Counted from the first letter of the stretch, positions 35,292-46,371 are shown. The stretch is DNA of 64,000 nucleotides from a virus (IMGVR_UViG_3300032167_000048); one strand, 5' to 3'. A program made the numbers and translations. Notes: generated from the sequence alone by a model not told the origin.

Positions 35292-37262
35292 TTATTTCAA
35301 CATTTCTGCAAGCTCAACTTCAGAAATGATTGTAATTCCAAGCTCTGTCGCTTTCTTATATTTTGAAGAGTTAGATGCTTCATTGCAAACAAGATAATTT
35401 GTTTTCTTTGTTACACCGCTAACTACTTTACCACCTAAAGATTCAATTTTTTCTTTAGCTTCATCTCTATTTGAGAAATAAATTAAAGAACCAGTAATGC
35501 AAAATGTTTTACCATTTAAGCTATTTGAATTAGAAGTTGTTTTTGGTTTTTCAAATGTTAAATATTCTGCAAGTTCTGAAACCATTTTAAAATTATCCAA
35601 ATAATAATTAATCATTGATGTATTTGTATTTGAACCAAAGTCATCTAACTGAGTCCAATCAAATCCATATGCAGAATCCCAAGCATCGTCAAATTTCTTA
35701 TAATCATAATCAAAATATTTTGCGATTGTTTTACTTGCACTTCTACCAATAAGAGGGATGCTTAATGAATAAATAAATCTATCTAATGTTGTATGTTTAC
35801 TTTCTTCAATCGCATCTAATAATTTATCAACCGATTTGTCACCAAAACCATCATATTCTTTCCAAGGTTCTCTATAATAATCAAGTTTATAAATATCTTT
35901 AAATGAATTTACCCATCCTCTTTCAATAAGAAACTCTAATGTTGCTTCGCTCATTCCATCGATATTCATTGCGTTCTTAGAAACGAAGTGCGTTAATTTG
36001 CCCAATAACTTTCCTTTACAATGTGGATTTGTGCAAACAAGAATTTCTGTATTGTTATCTTTCTTAACTTCTGTTTTCGCTTTGCAAATAGGACATTCTG
36101 TTGGTAAATCAATTGTTGTAATTCCACCAATATTATCTCTAATTTCTGCACTTACATTTCTTTTTACCTGAGGAATAATCATGTTGGCTTTATATACTTT
36201 AATCTTATCACCTTTCATAAGTGCTAAATCCGTTAAGATTGAAACGTTATGTACGGAGGCACGACTTACCATAGTACCATCAATTTCTACTTCTTTAAAA
36301 ACGGCAGTTGGAGTTAATACACCAGTTTTGCCCATAGTCCATTCAATATCCAATAATTCTGTTTCATACACTGCATCTTTTCTTTTATATGCAATACCAT
36401 TTTTGAAATGATGGCTTGTAGCACCTAAAGATTTACCATATTCAATATCATCAAATTTGAACACAATACCGTCACAAGGGAATCCGTCTTCAGCGGCAAA
36501 ATCAAATACATAATCTAAATTACTCTCAAGATTCTTTGGGTCTAAAGTACTTGCAAGCCAGTTTGGAACTACATCAAATCCAAGTTCTTTTGCTTCTTTT
36601 AAATTATTTCTAAGACTGTCACTGCATCCACCTTTAATGATATCCCAAGCAAAAAATTTTAATTTTCTTTTCGCTACTAAAGATGTGTCGAGCACAGACA
36701 AAGTACCACTTGCTAAGTTTCTACTATTCTTATACTCTCCATTTTTATTTACTTCTGCAAAATCTTCATCAGTAATAATAGCTTCACCATCAACAATATA
36801 CGTTCCAGTCTTATCAATTTTTAATGGTACATTTAAGAACTGTTTAACATGTTCTGTTACATCAGAACCTACATGACCATCTCCCCTTGTTTCCCCTCTT
36901 ACAAGCACACCATCTTCATATAATAATGATATAGTTAGCCCATCCAGCTTAATACTTGTAACAAGATATTTATTATTTGCAAATTTAACAATTTCATCAA
37001 TTGTATGGCACTTATCTAAACTAAGCATTGGATGATTATGCTCGACTTCTTTAAGTTCTGTTAACACCTTATATCCAACATTCTGCGTTGGAGAATTAGA
37101 AAACACAAAGCCAGTTTCTTCTTCGAACTGTCTAAGGTCTTCTAATCTCATATCAAACTGTTCGTCTGTCATAATCGGTGTTTTACCATTATAATAAGCA
37201 TCGCTTGCTTCATTAAGTACGGAAACCATTCCACGCATTAAACTTAATTCACTATGATTCAC
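35292..37262 (-). CDS. ligA: NAD-dependent DNA ligase
   Basis: MLSLDK, KLDG, TRGDG, zinc finger, HhH, BRCT. Confidence 0.95.
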   Translation of the reverse strand: MNHSELSLMRGMVSVLNEASDAYYNGKTPIMTDEQFDMRLEDLRQFEEETGFVFSNSPTQNVGYKVLTELKEVEHNHPMLSLDKCHTIDEIVKFANNKYLVTSIKLDGLTISLLYEDGVLVRGETRGDGHVGSDVTEHVKQFLNVPLKIDKTGTYIVDGEAIITDEDFAEVNKNGEYKNSRNLASGTLSVLDTSLVAKRKLKFFAWDIIKGGCSDSLRNNLKEAKELGFDVVPNWLASTLDPKNLESNLDYVFDFAAEDGFPCDGIVFKFDDIEYGKSLGATSHHFKNGIAYKRKDAVYETELLDIEWTMGKTGVLTPTAVFKEVEIDGTMVSRASVHNVSILTDLALMKGDKIKVYKANMIIPQVKRNVSAEIRDNIGGITTIDLPTECPICKAKTEVKKDNNTEILVCTNPHCKGKLLGKLTHFVSKNAMNIDGMSEATLEFLIERGWVNSFKDIYKLDYYREPWKEYDGFGDKSVDKLLDAIEESKHTTLDRFIYSLSIPLIGRSASKTIAKYFDYDYKKFDDAWDSAYGFDWTQLDDFGSNTNTSMINYYLDNFKMVSELAEYLTFEKPKTTSNSNSLNGKTFCITGSLIYFSNRDEAKEKIESLGGKVVSGVTKKTNYLVCNEASNSSKYKKATELGITIISEVELAEMLK

Positions 37263-37275
37263 TATTTCACCTCCA

Positions 37276-37455
37276 TTAAAACATGATTAGATTTTCTCTA
37301 ATTAAAAAACTGTCGCAAGTTGAAAAATCTGTATGAACCTGCTGACTACAATGGTCAATGCCTTTTTCTCTACAGAAATCGCCAATCTGATTGTAATGTT
37401 CACAAGTTTTGCATTTTAAACTACACTTGTTTTTGTTTGTTTTCTTATCGCTCAT
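37276..37455 (-). CDS. Cys-rich hypothetical protein (59 aa)
   Basis: Hand-translated MSDKKTNKNKCSLKCKTCEHY...; aaggag RBS. Confidence 0.55.
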   Translation of the reverse strand: MSDKKTNKNKCSLKCKTCEHYNQIGDFCREKGIDHCSQQVHTDFSTCDSFLIRENLIMF

Positions 37456-37502
37456 TTTATCACTCCTTTATAACGTTAACAGTTACGAGCTGTTATGTGA
37501 GT

Positions 37503-37531
37503 ATTATATACTATTTGTAATTATTTGTCAA
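37503..37531 (-). promoter_or_regulatory. Consensus sigmaA promoter (upstream of ligA-nrdDG-dut)
   Basis: TTGACA-17-TATAAT. Confidence 0.85.
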
Positions 37532-37539
37532 TAGGTTTT

Positions 37540-39798
37540 TTAGGATTTTTTCAAAAGTTCCTGCATAAATGTATGTCTAGTTAAGTTTGCTTTCTTTTTA
37601 ACAGCTTGATTAACACTCTGTAAAGTTCCTAAATGATACATTCTTTCTTTCATACGTGTAAGACCTACATATAATAAGTTACTATTTAACATAAAAATGT
37701 GACTTTGTGGCGTACATAAGATTACCTTTTTAAAACCGCCACCCTGAGATTTATGAATTGATATTGCATATCCCAACTTAACATTATTCATATCAGTTCT
37801 ATAATACTTAACGTGGATTCCACCGAAATCAATGATTACATATGAATTATAAATTTCTTTAATAATACCAGTTTCACCATTGGCAACAAAAGCCGTAATT
37901 TCTTCGTCATGTTCAAACACTGTACGTTCACCATCATCATCTGGTAGGTGTCTTGTGTCAACAGTTGCATCATAATTGTTTACTGTCTGAAGTATTAGGT
38001 CGCCTTTGTAATATACTGTGTCTCCAACTTTCATATTTACTTCGCTACCATAATTAGGATTTGCAACTCTTTGAATCATATTGTTAAGTGCAATTGCTCC
38101 ACAATCACCAACATTTTTCGCTGTTAAAACTTGAATATCTTCAATGCTGCTACCATTATCTAATAATTTTTTATATAACCCTACTACGCTTCTAGGAATT
38201 GATTCTGATGCCAAATCAATAAATGTGTAGTCTTGATTACCTCCGAATGTAGTTGCTTTAGCTTTCATTTCGCTTGATAAATATGGTATACAACATCTTG
38301 TATCTGTTGCAACTTTCATTAATCCACCACTTGAATATCTGAAAATCTTATTAAGTGTTACAGTTGGGATGATATTTGCTTCCATAAAATCATGAAGTAA
38401 GTTTCCACATGATACACTAGGTAACTGAGCATTATCACCAATTAAAAGAAGTTTTGTATGTTTAAAATCAATGGCATCAAGTAATCTTTTAAACAACCAG
38501 ATATCAACCATTGAAAACTCATCGACTATAACAATATCAGATTCTAATTTATGCCAAGAATTATATGTCCAATCATATGGTGGCATATATCCAAGACCTC
38601 TGTGAATAGTAGATGCTGGCTCATTTGTATTTTCATGTAATACCTTTGCGGCTCTACCAGTAGGACTAAATAATCTAAATGTTTTATCATTTTCTTTTAG
38701 CATTTTAATTAATCCTTGTGTAGAAGCAGTTTTGCCACTACCAGCAAAACCGTTTAAGATTGCAATATTATTTTTACACACAACATCAAGAATTTTAATC
38801 TGTTCATCAGATAATGTAAAGCCACCAACTTCTCTGTATCTTTCAATATTGAAATCCCAAATATTATTAGTATTACTTAAATTATTAAGAATTGTATCGG
38901 CAATATACTTTTCTGTATTGTATGTTTCAACTAAAGAAGCGCTCATATTATCTTTGTTATAATAAATGTTTTCATCTTTAATAACATCTACGAAATGATT
39001 TGCACAACTTGGTACAGTTTTTAAACACTGCTGTCTTAAGTCTGCCAAATTCATTTTGGTGTGTCCCTCATTTTCATTCTCTTCTAAAATATACATAATA
39101 CAAGCTAAACATCTATCTGGTGATGTTTTTACATCATATCCGAAATCAATAATGTCTTCTTTTTGAAGCTGTAAAATAATACTATCTGCCGTTTTAAATC
39201 CAACACGACTAATTCTTGTAAGTGTTGTATATGGATTTGTTTTTAATTTCTCTTTTAATTTGTCAATTGAAGAATACGCTTCATAAATTCTTCTAATCAT
39301 ATTCATTGATAAAATGTTTTTAAATTCAATAACTAGCTCCATTAAACAGTAGTTAGTTATAATTTTTTCTTTAATAATATCGAATGTTTTCTGACCAATA
39401 CCTTTTAATTTTGATAAATCAATATCATCCAAGTTATCATCTTTTACCATTTGAATGATATTAGGATAATTTTCTACCAATGTTTTTGCCTGATTTTCTG
39501 TTAAAATCTCAGATAAGAAAACATATGTTCCCTCAACTGTGGTTGGCAAATCACGTCTTATATTTAACACTTTATAACTTGTGCCATATTTACTTTCTTG
39601 TTCCACAGTTGTAAACTCATATTCAACACCAAGAGTTAAATCTGACAACTCTCCTAAGATGGAGACGTTGCCATATTTATTTTGTTTTAACTCTGGGTAT
39701 TTGTTTTTATCTGTTGCAACCGCATAGATTTTAAAATCTGGCGAGTTGTATACGCATCTTTCGATTACTCCTTTAAATTTATATTTTACATCTACCAT
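37540..39798 (-). CDS. recD2: RecD2-like SF1B helicase
   Basis: GFAGSGKT, VDEFSMVD, GD.AQLPSV, YAISIHKSQG, LLYVGLTR. Confidence 0.88.
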   Translation of the reverse strand: MVDVKYKFKGVIERCVYNSPDFKIYAVATDKNKYPELKQNKYGNVSILGELSDLTLGVEYEFTTVEQESKYGTSYKVLNIRRDLPTTVEGTYVFLSEILTENQAKTLVENYPNIIQMVKDDNLDDIDLSKLKGIGQKTFDIIKEKIITNYCLMELVIEFKNILSMNMIRRIYEAYSSIDKLKEKLKTNPYTTLTRISRVGFKTADSIILQLQKEDIIDFGYDVKTSPDRCLACIMYILEENENEGHTKMNLADLRQQCLKTVPSCANHFVDVIKDENIYYNKDNMSASLVETYNTEKYIADTILNNLSNTNNIWDFNIERYREVGGFTLSDEQIKILDVVCKNNIAILNGFAGSGKTASTQGLIKMLKENDKTFRLFSPTGRAAKVLHENTNEPASTIHRGLGYMPPYDWTYNSWHKLESDIVIVDEFSMVDIWLFKRLLDAIDFKHTKLLLIGDNAQLPSVSCGNLLHDFMEANIIPTVTLNKIFRYSSGGLMKVATDTRCCIPYLSSEMKAKATTFGGNQDYTFIDLASESIPRSVVGLYKKLLDNGSSIEDIQVLTAKNVGDCGAIALNNMIQRVANPNYGSEVNMKVGDTVYYKGDLILQTVNNYDATVDTRHLPDDDGERTVFEHDEEITAFVANGETGIIKEIYNSYVIIDFGGIHVKYYRTDMNNVKLGYAISIHKSQGGGFKKVILCTPQSHIFMLNSNLLYVGLTRMKERMYHLGTLQSVNQAVKKKANLTRHTFMQELLKKS

Positions 39799-42700
39799 TT
39801 TTTCATAACCTCATATTCTGTAACTATCGGCTCAAGTTCATCTGTTTCTACCCACTCACCACCAATATTTTTCTTTTTATGGGCATAAGTGAATCCTCTA
39901 ATATCTAAAACAGCAAAATCACCAAAAGGTTCTTCTTTGTATAACTTTGACTGTTTAATTCTTGTTTTAATCTCTTCCCCAGTGCTAACATTTCTTAGTG
40001 TGAAATGTGGTTTTGTTGGGTCTGAGAATGTTTTAAAATTAAGTACAACATAATAATGGTCTGCAAGGATTGGGTTCGCATATGTTGTATATTCCAAATA
40101 CTCCATTTCAAGTTTAATTTGGTCAATCATGTCAATTGATTCATTTGGTAATACACTACATAATTCATTAATTAAACCTTGATTATCAAGTTCTCTATAT
40201 TGTGCCTTTGTTTCTTTTTTCGCATATTTTCTAATCAAATAATCTGTAACACCAAGCTCTTCCATTTTCTTTTTAGCAATAATTTTTGAATTTGCAAACT
40301 TGTCGTATACTTCAATAACATTCAGCAGGTATTTATTATTACCGAATTCACTAAAGAAATTTAAGGCGGTTAAGATATGTAACTGTCTTGAGTTAAGACT
40401 TGTTTTATCTTCAATATCTCTTAATAAGTCTACAAATGTTTTATATTTATTCTTAGATAATTCTAGTAACTCGTCTGCTATCTGAGCATTACAATATTTA
40501 ATAGAACTTATACCCTTATATATTGCATTATTTTCTTTGTCCATAGTATAAAAACTACCAGACTTACCAAATTTAATTGGTTTTAATTCAATGTTATGTT
40601 TCTTAGCATATTGTAGGATTTCTAAACATTTATCTGAATCCTCTTCATAAATATTTAATGCTGTTGTTACTGTTTCTAACTTATAATAACATCTTAACCA
40701 TCCAACAACATATCCAAGAAAGCTATATGGTGTAGCATGATTTAAAGAGAATAGATATGAGCTCGCATCAATGATTACTTGAATAAAACTTTCAATTAAT
40801 TTATTAGACTCATCTTCCTCTACATTGTACTTCTCTTTCATCGTTTTAATGAAGCCTTCTTTGATTTTTGGTATAAATTTATCAGTACCAGTTTTCTTAG
40901 CGAAACCTCTTCGTACAATGTCTGCCTCTCCCATCGTATAACCGCAGAAGCTATGTAGGAACTCAATAATTTGCTCTTGATAAACTAGGTATCCTAATGT
41001 TGGTGCAAGGAATTTATTTAAAGCATCGTGCCCATTATCGTGATATTTACCAGTGGATAGCTCATCACGATAACTTGCACCAGCAGGTCTGATAGCTCCA
41101 TTTGCCATTGACATTAAGTCTATATATGAGAAGTTTTTATTCTTCTCTTTAATCTTTGCAATTGTTCCATCACTAAAAAGCTGCTTGATGTAGTCTCCAG
41201 CATATGAAGATTCAAACTGAAAAATCATAGTACAATCATCTCTAATTTCATCCCACACCTTTTTATCATCAAAAGAAATATTATCTGGCGTTAATCTTGG
41301 GATACCAGCTAAATCACAAGTTTCATTAATTAGACCAACACAGTCAAGACCAAGCACATCAAGCTTTACAAATGACAAGCCATCAATCTCTTTCATATTA
41401 ATCTGAGAAATCATGTTTTCATTTGATTTTGTACTGCATAAACCGAACCATTCATCTACTGGATATGGAGATACTACAAGCCCAGCTGGGTGATTTCCAA
41501 TTGAAACAATAGTTCCTTTTACAATGTCAACATATTTAAATAACTCTGGATATTTTTTAATGTAAAATTCATCAATACAATCCTTTTTATTTTCATCTAA
41601 ATATACAGCATCACTAATCATCTGCGTTTCTTCAACACTCATTCCCAATGCTCTACCAACATCCTTAATAGCACCCTTTAAAGCGATAGTATTGAATGTG
41701 ATAATATCACAACAGTATAACCCCTCTTTATTAAATAGATATTCTCTAACCTTATATCTATCTTTTTTAGACCAGTCAGTATCAACGTCTGCAAGAGATA
41801 CACGTTCTTTATTCATAAAACGCTCAAAGTTAAGGTTATATTTAATTGAGTCAACCTCTGTAATGCCTAATAGATACGCAATCTCACTTCCACTAACAGA
41901 GCCTCTTGAATACCCACAGCTTACACCCTGCTTCTTTAATGCTGATTTGTAGTCCTCTTCAAGTAATAAAAAGTCAATCGCACCATTATGTTTATATGTT
42001 TCTAATTCATACTGAATTTTTTCTTTGTACTCGTTAAAGTTATCGTATTTGTCAACGCCTCTATTTTTAATTCCCTCTAAGATTTTTTCTCTTAAAACTT
42101 TTTCTGAATCTTTATATAACTTAGGATATTTTTTACCATAATCCAGTTTAAATTCTTCTACAGAATCTGCCATTCTATTTGTATTTTCAATCGCTTCTAA
42201 ATAAACATCTTCTGGCAAAGCTCTTTGATTCTTATATGCATTTACTAATTCATCATATGTTTTAAAAGTTAAATCCCATGACTCTTCGTCTGAGAAAAAT
42301 ACGTTTTTCCCTTTCTGAAGAATTCCCCTACCATCTACATGAATATCGTTTAAACAATGTGTATCAGTACCAGCAATTAATGGTATTCCAGTTTTTTGAT
42401 GGACTGCATAAAGAATTTTATTATATACAGCCTGAGCTTCACAATTATGATGTTGAACTTCAAGATAACATCTGTGTTTATTTTTAATTAAGAACTTTAA
42501 AAATTCTGTCTTAATATCGTTATTGCCTTTGCCCAATACACCGCCTAAACATGCAGTAGTAATAAGAATATTGTCTGATGTTGCATATAATTCATCAAAA
42601 CCAATTCTTGGTGCATAATAATAATGATAGTCGTCTCTATTGAAAGATTTAGAAACCAACTTGTTTAGTTCTTTAACACCGTCATAGTTTTTGGCAATTA

Positions 42701-42971
42701 AAACACAATGGTAATTATCTCTATGTTTATCTTCTGAATTTGTATCTTTTGTTAAATATGCTTCTGTAGCGTGAATATATTTCATTCCTGCTGCTTCGAT
42801 TGATTCTTTTTTGTGAACCCATTCAAAAATGTTACCATGTTCTGCAAATGCTAATGCAGTCATTCCTAACTCTTTTGCATATTCTACGTATTGTTTATAT
42901 TTCGTAACAGAGTCAATGTTTGTTACTCCATTCGATAAATCACTATGTAAATGATAAACTGTATAATTCAT
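39792..42971 (-). CDS. dnaE: DNA polymerase III alpha subunit
   Basis: PHP HLHS, RGS, FERF, DVDTD, KLDVLGL, VYQEQ, FSLNHA. Confidence 0.95.
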   Translation of the reverse strand: MNYTVYHLHSDLSNGVTNIDSVTKYKQYVEYAKELGMTALAFAEHGNIFEWVHKKESIEAAGMKYIHATEAYLTKDTNSEDKHRDNYHCVLIAKNYDGVKELNKLVSKSFNRDDYHYYYAPRIGFDELYATSDNILITTACLGGVLGKGNNDIKTEFLKFLIKNKHRCYLEVQHHNCEAQAVYNKILYAVHQKTGIPLIAGTDTHCLNDIHVDGRGILQKGKNVFFSDEESWDLTFKTYDELVNAYKNQRALPEDVYLEAIENTNRMADSVEEFKLDYGKKYPKLYKDSEKVLREKILEGIKNRGVDKYDNFNEYKEKIQYELETYKHNGAIDFLLLEEDYKSALKKQGVSCGYSRGSVSGSEIAYLLGITEVDSIKYNLNFERFMNKERVSLADVDTDWSKKDRYKVREYLFNKEGLYCCDIITFNTIALKGAIKDVGRALGMSVEETQMISDAVYLDENKKDCIDEFYIKKYPELFKYVDIVKGTIVSIGNHPAGLVVSPYPVDEWFGLCSTKSNENMISQINMKEIDGLSFVKLDVLGLDCVGLINETCDLAGIPRLTPDNISFDDKKVWDEIRDDCTMIFQFESSYAGDYIKQLFSDGTIAKIKEKNKNFSYIDLMSMANGAIRPAGASYRDELSTGKYHDNGHDALNKFLAPTLGYLVYQEQIIEFLHSFCGYTMGEADIVRRGFAKKTGTDKFIPKIKEGFIKTMKEKYNVEEDESNKLIESFIQVIIDASSYLFSLNHATPYSFLGYVVGWLRCYYKLETVTTALNIYEEDSDKCLEILQYAKKHNIELKPIKFGKSGSFYTMDKENNAIYKGISSIKYCNAQIADELLELSKNKYKTFVDLLRDIEDKTSLNSRQLHILTALNFFSEFGNNKYLLNVIEVYDKFANSKIIAKKKMEELGVTDYLIRKYAKKETKAQYRELDNQGLINELCSVLPNESIDMIDQIKLEMEYLEYTTYANPILADHYYVVLNFKTFSDPTKPHFTLRNVSTGEEIKTRIKQSKLYKEEPFGDFAVLDIRGFTYAHKKKNIGGEWVETDELEPIVTEYEVMKKW

Positions 42972-43012
42972 TTATTTAAACCTTTCTTTATAACATTATT
43001 TATTACAATGAT

Positions 43013-43041
43013 ATAGTAACATATTTTACCATGTTTGTCAA
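43013..43041 (-). promoter_or_regulatory. sigmaA promoter upstream of dnaE
   Basis: TTGACA-17-TACTAT with TG extension. Confidence 0.65.
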
Positions 43042-43054
43042 TATGTTTTTTGGA

Positions 43055-43336
43055 TTAATTTGAAAATCTATATATAATTATTGGTGCATCGCTACCCATA
43101 TATGGCAGTGCTCTAAGAGTATTAAACTCAATCCATTCTATAGCATCCTCATATCCAAAGTCATGTTCGGTCATTAGCCATTCAATCATTAAATCAAAAT
43201 CATAAACCGCTCTGTCATCATGAGTAACACCAATTAGCGCTGTATCATAACTATAATCTGTAAGATATTTAATCCCATCATAATCATATTCTAATAATAA
43301 TTCCTCTGCTGTTATTTTATATTCGTTCATACACAC
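43055..43336 (-). CDS. Hypothetical phage protein
   Basis: ALIG...AVYD...A.EWIEFN.L..PYMG..P pattern. Confidence 0.65.
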   Translation of the reverse strand: MCMNEYKITAEELLLEYDYDGIKYLTDYSYDTALIGVTHDDRAVYDFDLMIEWLMTEHDFGYEDAIEWIEFNTLRALPYMGSDAPIIIYRFSN

Positions 43337-43351
43337 TTTTAGGGTGAGAAA

Positions 43352-43549
43352 CTATTCCCACCCCATCTCCTCATTATATTCTTTTATTCTTTCATTCATA
43401 CTGTCTATTCGTTTATTATTCTTATATAAACGAGCCCCCTTGCACCATTCACAAGTTCCGTGATTACGACAAGAACAATCTATGGCTTTAGAACCATAGT
43501 ACATCTTTCTATATTCTTTGCCGTGTTCTATTGCTTTATCTAATGGCAT
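43352..43549 (-). CDS. Small protein with SCRNHG.C.WC motif
   Basis: aaggag RBS. Confidence 0.65.
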   Translation of the reverse strand: MPLDKAIEHGKEYRKMYYGSKAIDCSCRNHGTCEWCKGARLYKNNKRIDSMNERIKEYNEEMGWE

Positions 43550-43551
43550 AA

Positions 43552-43710
43552 CTACTCCTTTTCTGATAGCTCAGTTGCAACCTTTTCAATTATCATATCT
43601 TTTAATTTTTGAGCTATTAATTTATCTGTTTCGTTTTCTAATACATTTTCACGTAACAACTGGACAATCAATAATGCTTCAACCGTGCTAATTTCTATGT
43701 TGTGTTTCAT
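43552..43710 (-). CDS. Hypothetical protein (52 aa)
   Basis: Hand-translated MKHNIEIST...; follows a TAAAA-N6-TTTTA motif. Confidence 0.5.
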   Translation of the reverse strand: MKHNIEISTVEALLIVQLLRENVLENETDKLIAQKLKDMIIEKVATELSEKE

Positions 43711-43740
43711 TATATAACCACCTTTAAAACTTTCATTTTA

Positions 43741-43923
43741 TTATGCAAGCATTGAATCTTCTTTTGCACAACATCCATTTAGTAATTCATTTTTGGCTAA
43801 CATCGCATCTGTCATAGCCACGACACCATCTACAAACATACCGTAATCTTTTTCAGTAACTCCCCAATCAGTAGATTCTTTAATAACTTCATACATCGCT
43901 TCTAAAATCATACTTCTACTCAT
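43741..43923 (-). CDS. Hypothetical protein
   Basis: gaggtga RBS; bounded by the motif. Confidence 0.6.
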   Translation of the reverse strand: MSRSMILEAMYEVIKESTDWGVTEKDYGMFVDGVVAMTDAMLAKNELLNGCCAKEDSMLA

Positions 43924-43956
43924 TCTTATCACCTCTTAAAAACGAAATTTTATTGC

Positions 43957-44223
43957 CTATAATCTCCACATGTATTCTCTAATAATATCTTTTATTTCTT
44001 CATCGCTATATTCTCTGCCTAATAATTCTTCACTATCTAACTGATTAGTAAAATAATCATATATTAAAGCCATGAGGTCATTATGTTCTGCAATTTTTCT
44101 ATATTTTAATTCTGGTGCTCCAACATATTCCAAACAATCATTAATAAAGAAATTATTTGATATTTTATATAACTTTTGGAATATAGAACATCCACCAATT
44201 TTATCACAACTATAACAAAGCAT
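43957..44223 (-). CDS. Hypothetical protein
   Basis: Start MLCYSC after gaggt RBS. Confidence 0.6.
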   Translation of the reverse strand: MLCYSCDKIGGCSIFQKLYKISNNFFINDCLEYVGAPELKYRKIAEHNDLMALIYDYFTNQLDSEELLGREYSDEEIKDIIREYMWRL

Positions 44224-44248
44224 TTTGTTACCTCTTAAAACTCTTATT

Positions 44249-44437
44249 TTATTCATCGTCATCTACTAATCTTCTAGTAGACGATATTACTTGTTCTAAT
44301 ACTTGCTTTAATTCAATTACTTGTGTTCCACATTCTCTACATCTATGCCAATAGAATCTAACACCGTCAGTTCCTTTGGCAACTTGAAATCTATTTTTAA
44401 CCTTTTTACAATGTGGACAATAAAACTTCCAATTCAT
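44249..44437 (-). CDS. Small zinc-ribbon protein
   Basis: CPHC...CRECG. Confidence 0.6.
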   Translation of the reverse strand: MNWKFYCPHCKKVKNRFQVAKGTDGVRFYWHRCRECGTQVIELKQVLEQVISSTRRLVDDDE

Positions 44438-44467
44438 ATATTATCACCTCTTAAAACTCAGATTTTA

Positions 44468-44746
44468 TTATCTAATTTCAATTTCACCATATTCTAAATC
44501 ATTGTTTATAAAAATTTTATGTCCAGTATACTCGGCTATTCTACCATTTGGCTCGTGTTCGTCTTTGTATTTTGATGTTATACGCAAAAATAAGTTTAAT
44601 GGAGATATGGTAAAATCAACGCTCTTTGCTGTATTTTCACTCATAAAAATATATGGATTAGATTTATTTGTAATATTTACATATTCATCAATCTTTCTAT
44701 TTAATTTATCTAAATCCATTTTTATAATAGAAAAAGTATCTCTCAT
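44468..44746 (-). CDS. Hypothetical protein
   Basis: Start MRDTFS after gaggtga RBS. Confidence 0.6.
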   Translation of the reverse strand: MRDTFSIIKMDLDKLNRKIDEYVNITNKSNPYIFMSENTAKSVDFTISPLNLFLRITSKYKDEHEPNGRIAEYTGHKIFINNDLEYGEIEIR

Positions 44747-44774
44747 ATTATCACCTCTTAAAACAACAATTTTA

Positions 44775-44918
44775 TTAGTAATCAATTTCTTTTCCACAAC
44801 GAGGACAATATTCAAAATCGTCCACATCAAAGTCACTCATTGCATTACTTGATACTACATAACCACAATGTTCGCATTCAAATCTTCTTCCTTTGTATTC
44901 TTCTGTATCTGTCACCAT
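44775..44918 (-). CDS. Small zinc-ribbon protein (47 aa)
   Basis: Hand-translated ...CEHCG...YCPRCG. Confidence 0.55.
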   Translation of the reverse strand: MVTDTEEYKGRRFECEHCGYVVSSNAMSDFDVDDFEYCPRCGKEIDY

Positions 44919-44933
44919 ATAAATTTTACCTCT

Positions 44934-45293
44934 TTATTTACCTTTATACGACTCTGGAAGTGGTTGCCACGCTACAACATTATGAGCTTCATAATATCCC
45001 CACTCTGAATCAAAATCATAAAAGCCTGCTCTATTTATATCACAAAAATCATATTCATCCACTTCGTAAAGATTTGTACTGAATGACAACACTTCAAATA
45101 ATTCGTGATTGCCAAAGTTGCTCTGACACAAATATTCTCCATCTTCTTTTGGCAGACCTTCGCTTGTTGGATTCCATTTATTCCAATCTTCATCCACCCA
45201 AACACCCTTTAACTCATGAATATATTCATATAAAATATCTGAAGGTAGACCTAATAATTCTAATACATCAGATTTTTTAATCCATTCTTCCAT
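44934..45293 (-). CDS. DUF551-like protein
   Basis: W.P..E.LP...G.YL ... VVAWQPLP. Confidence 0.7.
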   Translation of the reverse strand: MEEWIKKSDVLELLGLPSDILYEYIHELKGVWVDEDWNKWNPTSEGLPKEDGEYLCQSNFGNHELFEVLSFSTNLYEVDEYDFCDINRAGFYDFDSEWGYYEAHNVVAWQPLPESYKGK

Positions 45294-45325
45294 AACTTAC
45301 CTCATAAAACCTTTATTTTATCACC

Positions 45326-45520
45326 TTAAAATTCATAAGTTACTTTAACTTTTAAAATATGAAACTCTTCAGGTTCGTCATATGTGCTTAATTCATATTC
45401 ACAACTTTCTTTACTCATCAACAAATCATGTTCCATAACATCAGTTTCATTTCCACAACGATAAAACTTTAGGGGAAATTCTTTTGATGCGATGCAATAT
45501 TTTTCTTCTGATATAATCAT
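45326..45520 (-). CDS. Hypothetical protein
   Basis: Start MIISEEK after gaggt RBS. Confidence 0.55.
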   Translation of the reverse strand: MIISEEKYCIASKEFPLKFYRCGNETDVMEHDLLMSKESCEYELSTYDEPEEFHILKVKVTYEF

Positions 45521-45545
45521 TTTAATACCTCTTAAAATCTTTGTT

Positions 45546-46052
45546 TTATAACTTTGTTTCATTATTAGCAGATGTAACATCCCAATACTTAGTAGTTGAT
45601 AAAGAATCTGATAATTCACTAATAGTATTACTAATCGTGTTGAAATTATTTGCACAATCTTGAATTGCTTTATCATAATGTTTTAATTTTTCTACATTCC
45701 ATGATACATGTCTATTAGATGACGTATATCTATTATTGTCTGCAATATCTGTTATACTCATTGCTTTAATCTTACTATGTAATCCAATGTTATATAACAT
45801 CTGTTGTAACACAGATTCTGTATCGTCTACCAAAATACCATTGTCAAGACTTCTATTTCCTCTAATTTTATCTGAAAACACATCGCCAACACATAATGGC
45901 TCTGGAATATTTAAATGTAATTCTTTTGCCATATGTAATAAAACATTTTTTTGCGCTAAGCTACTACACAAAATTGGTGCATCATTAAATTCACTTGCAT
46001 AAAGCAATCTTGTTGTTTTGCCTTGACCTCTACCTAAGTTAATAATCTTCAT
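45546..46052 (-). CDS. Small P-loop-containing protein
   Basis: GRGQGKTT and ILVDD. Confidence 0.6.
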   Translation of the reverse strand: MKIINLGRGQGKTTRLLYASEFNDAPILCSSLAQKNVLLHMAKELHLNIPEPLCVGDVFSDKIRGNRSLDNGILVDDTESVLQQMLYNIGLHSKIKAMSITDIADNNRYTSSNRHVSWNVEKLKHYDKAIQDCANNFNTISNTISELSDSLSTTKYWDVTSANNETKL

Positions 46053-46062
46053 AATTTACTCC

Positions 46063-46371
46063 TTATTGACCTAATAACTCTTTGCTTAGTTTTACAAAAT
46101 TACTTCCAGAAGAATACAATCCATCATATCTATCATTTCTTTCTGCTTTTCTTAATTCATATTCAAGAGCTTCTGAATCTTCTTTCTTGCAACTTAACAT
46201 CATTTGCCAAGTTAAACCATCTACATAATCATGCTGATGTTTATTTTTAACATGATTATATGGTGGGTGTATTTTTAATGATGGAGTTACTAATTTAAAA
46301 ATTTTTAATCTCATATCATATGAGACATAATCTATGTTTGCTAAATAATAATTTCTATTTCTATAATCCAT
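46063..46371 (-). CDS. Hypothetical protein
   Basis: ORF track, RBS. Confidence 0.6.
   Translation of the reverse strand: MDYRNRNYYLANIDYVSYDMRLKIFKLVTPSLKIHPPYNHVKNKHQHDYVDGLTWQMMLSCKKEDSEALEYELRKAERNDRYDGLYSSGSNFVKLSKELLGQ

Noticed and set aside
33042-42971. Introns or inteins in nrdD, ligA, recD2 or dnaE
   Set aside because: The ORFs are uninterrupted, of normal length, and show no intein splice motifs.
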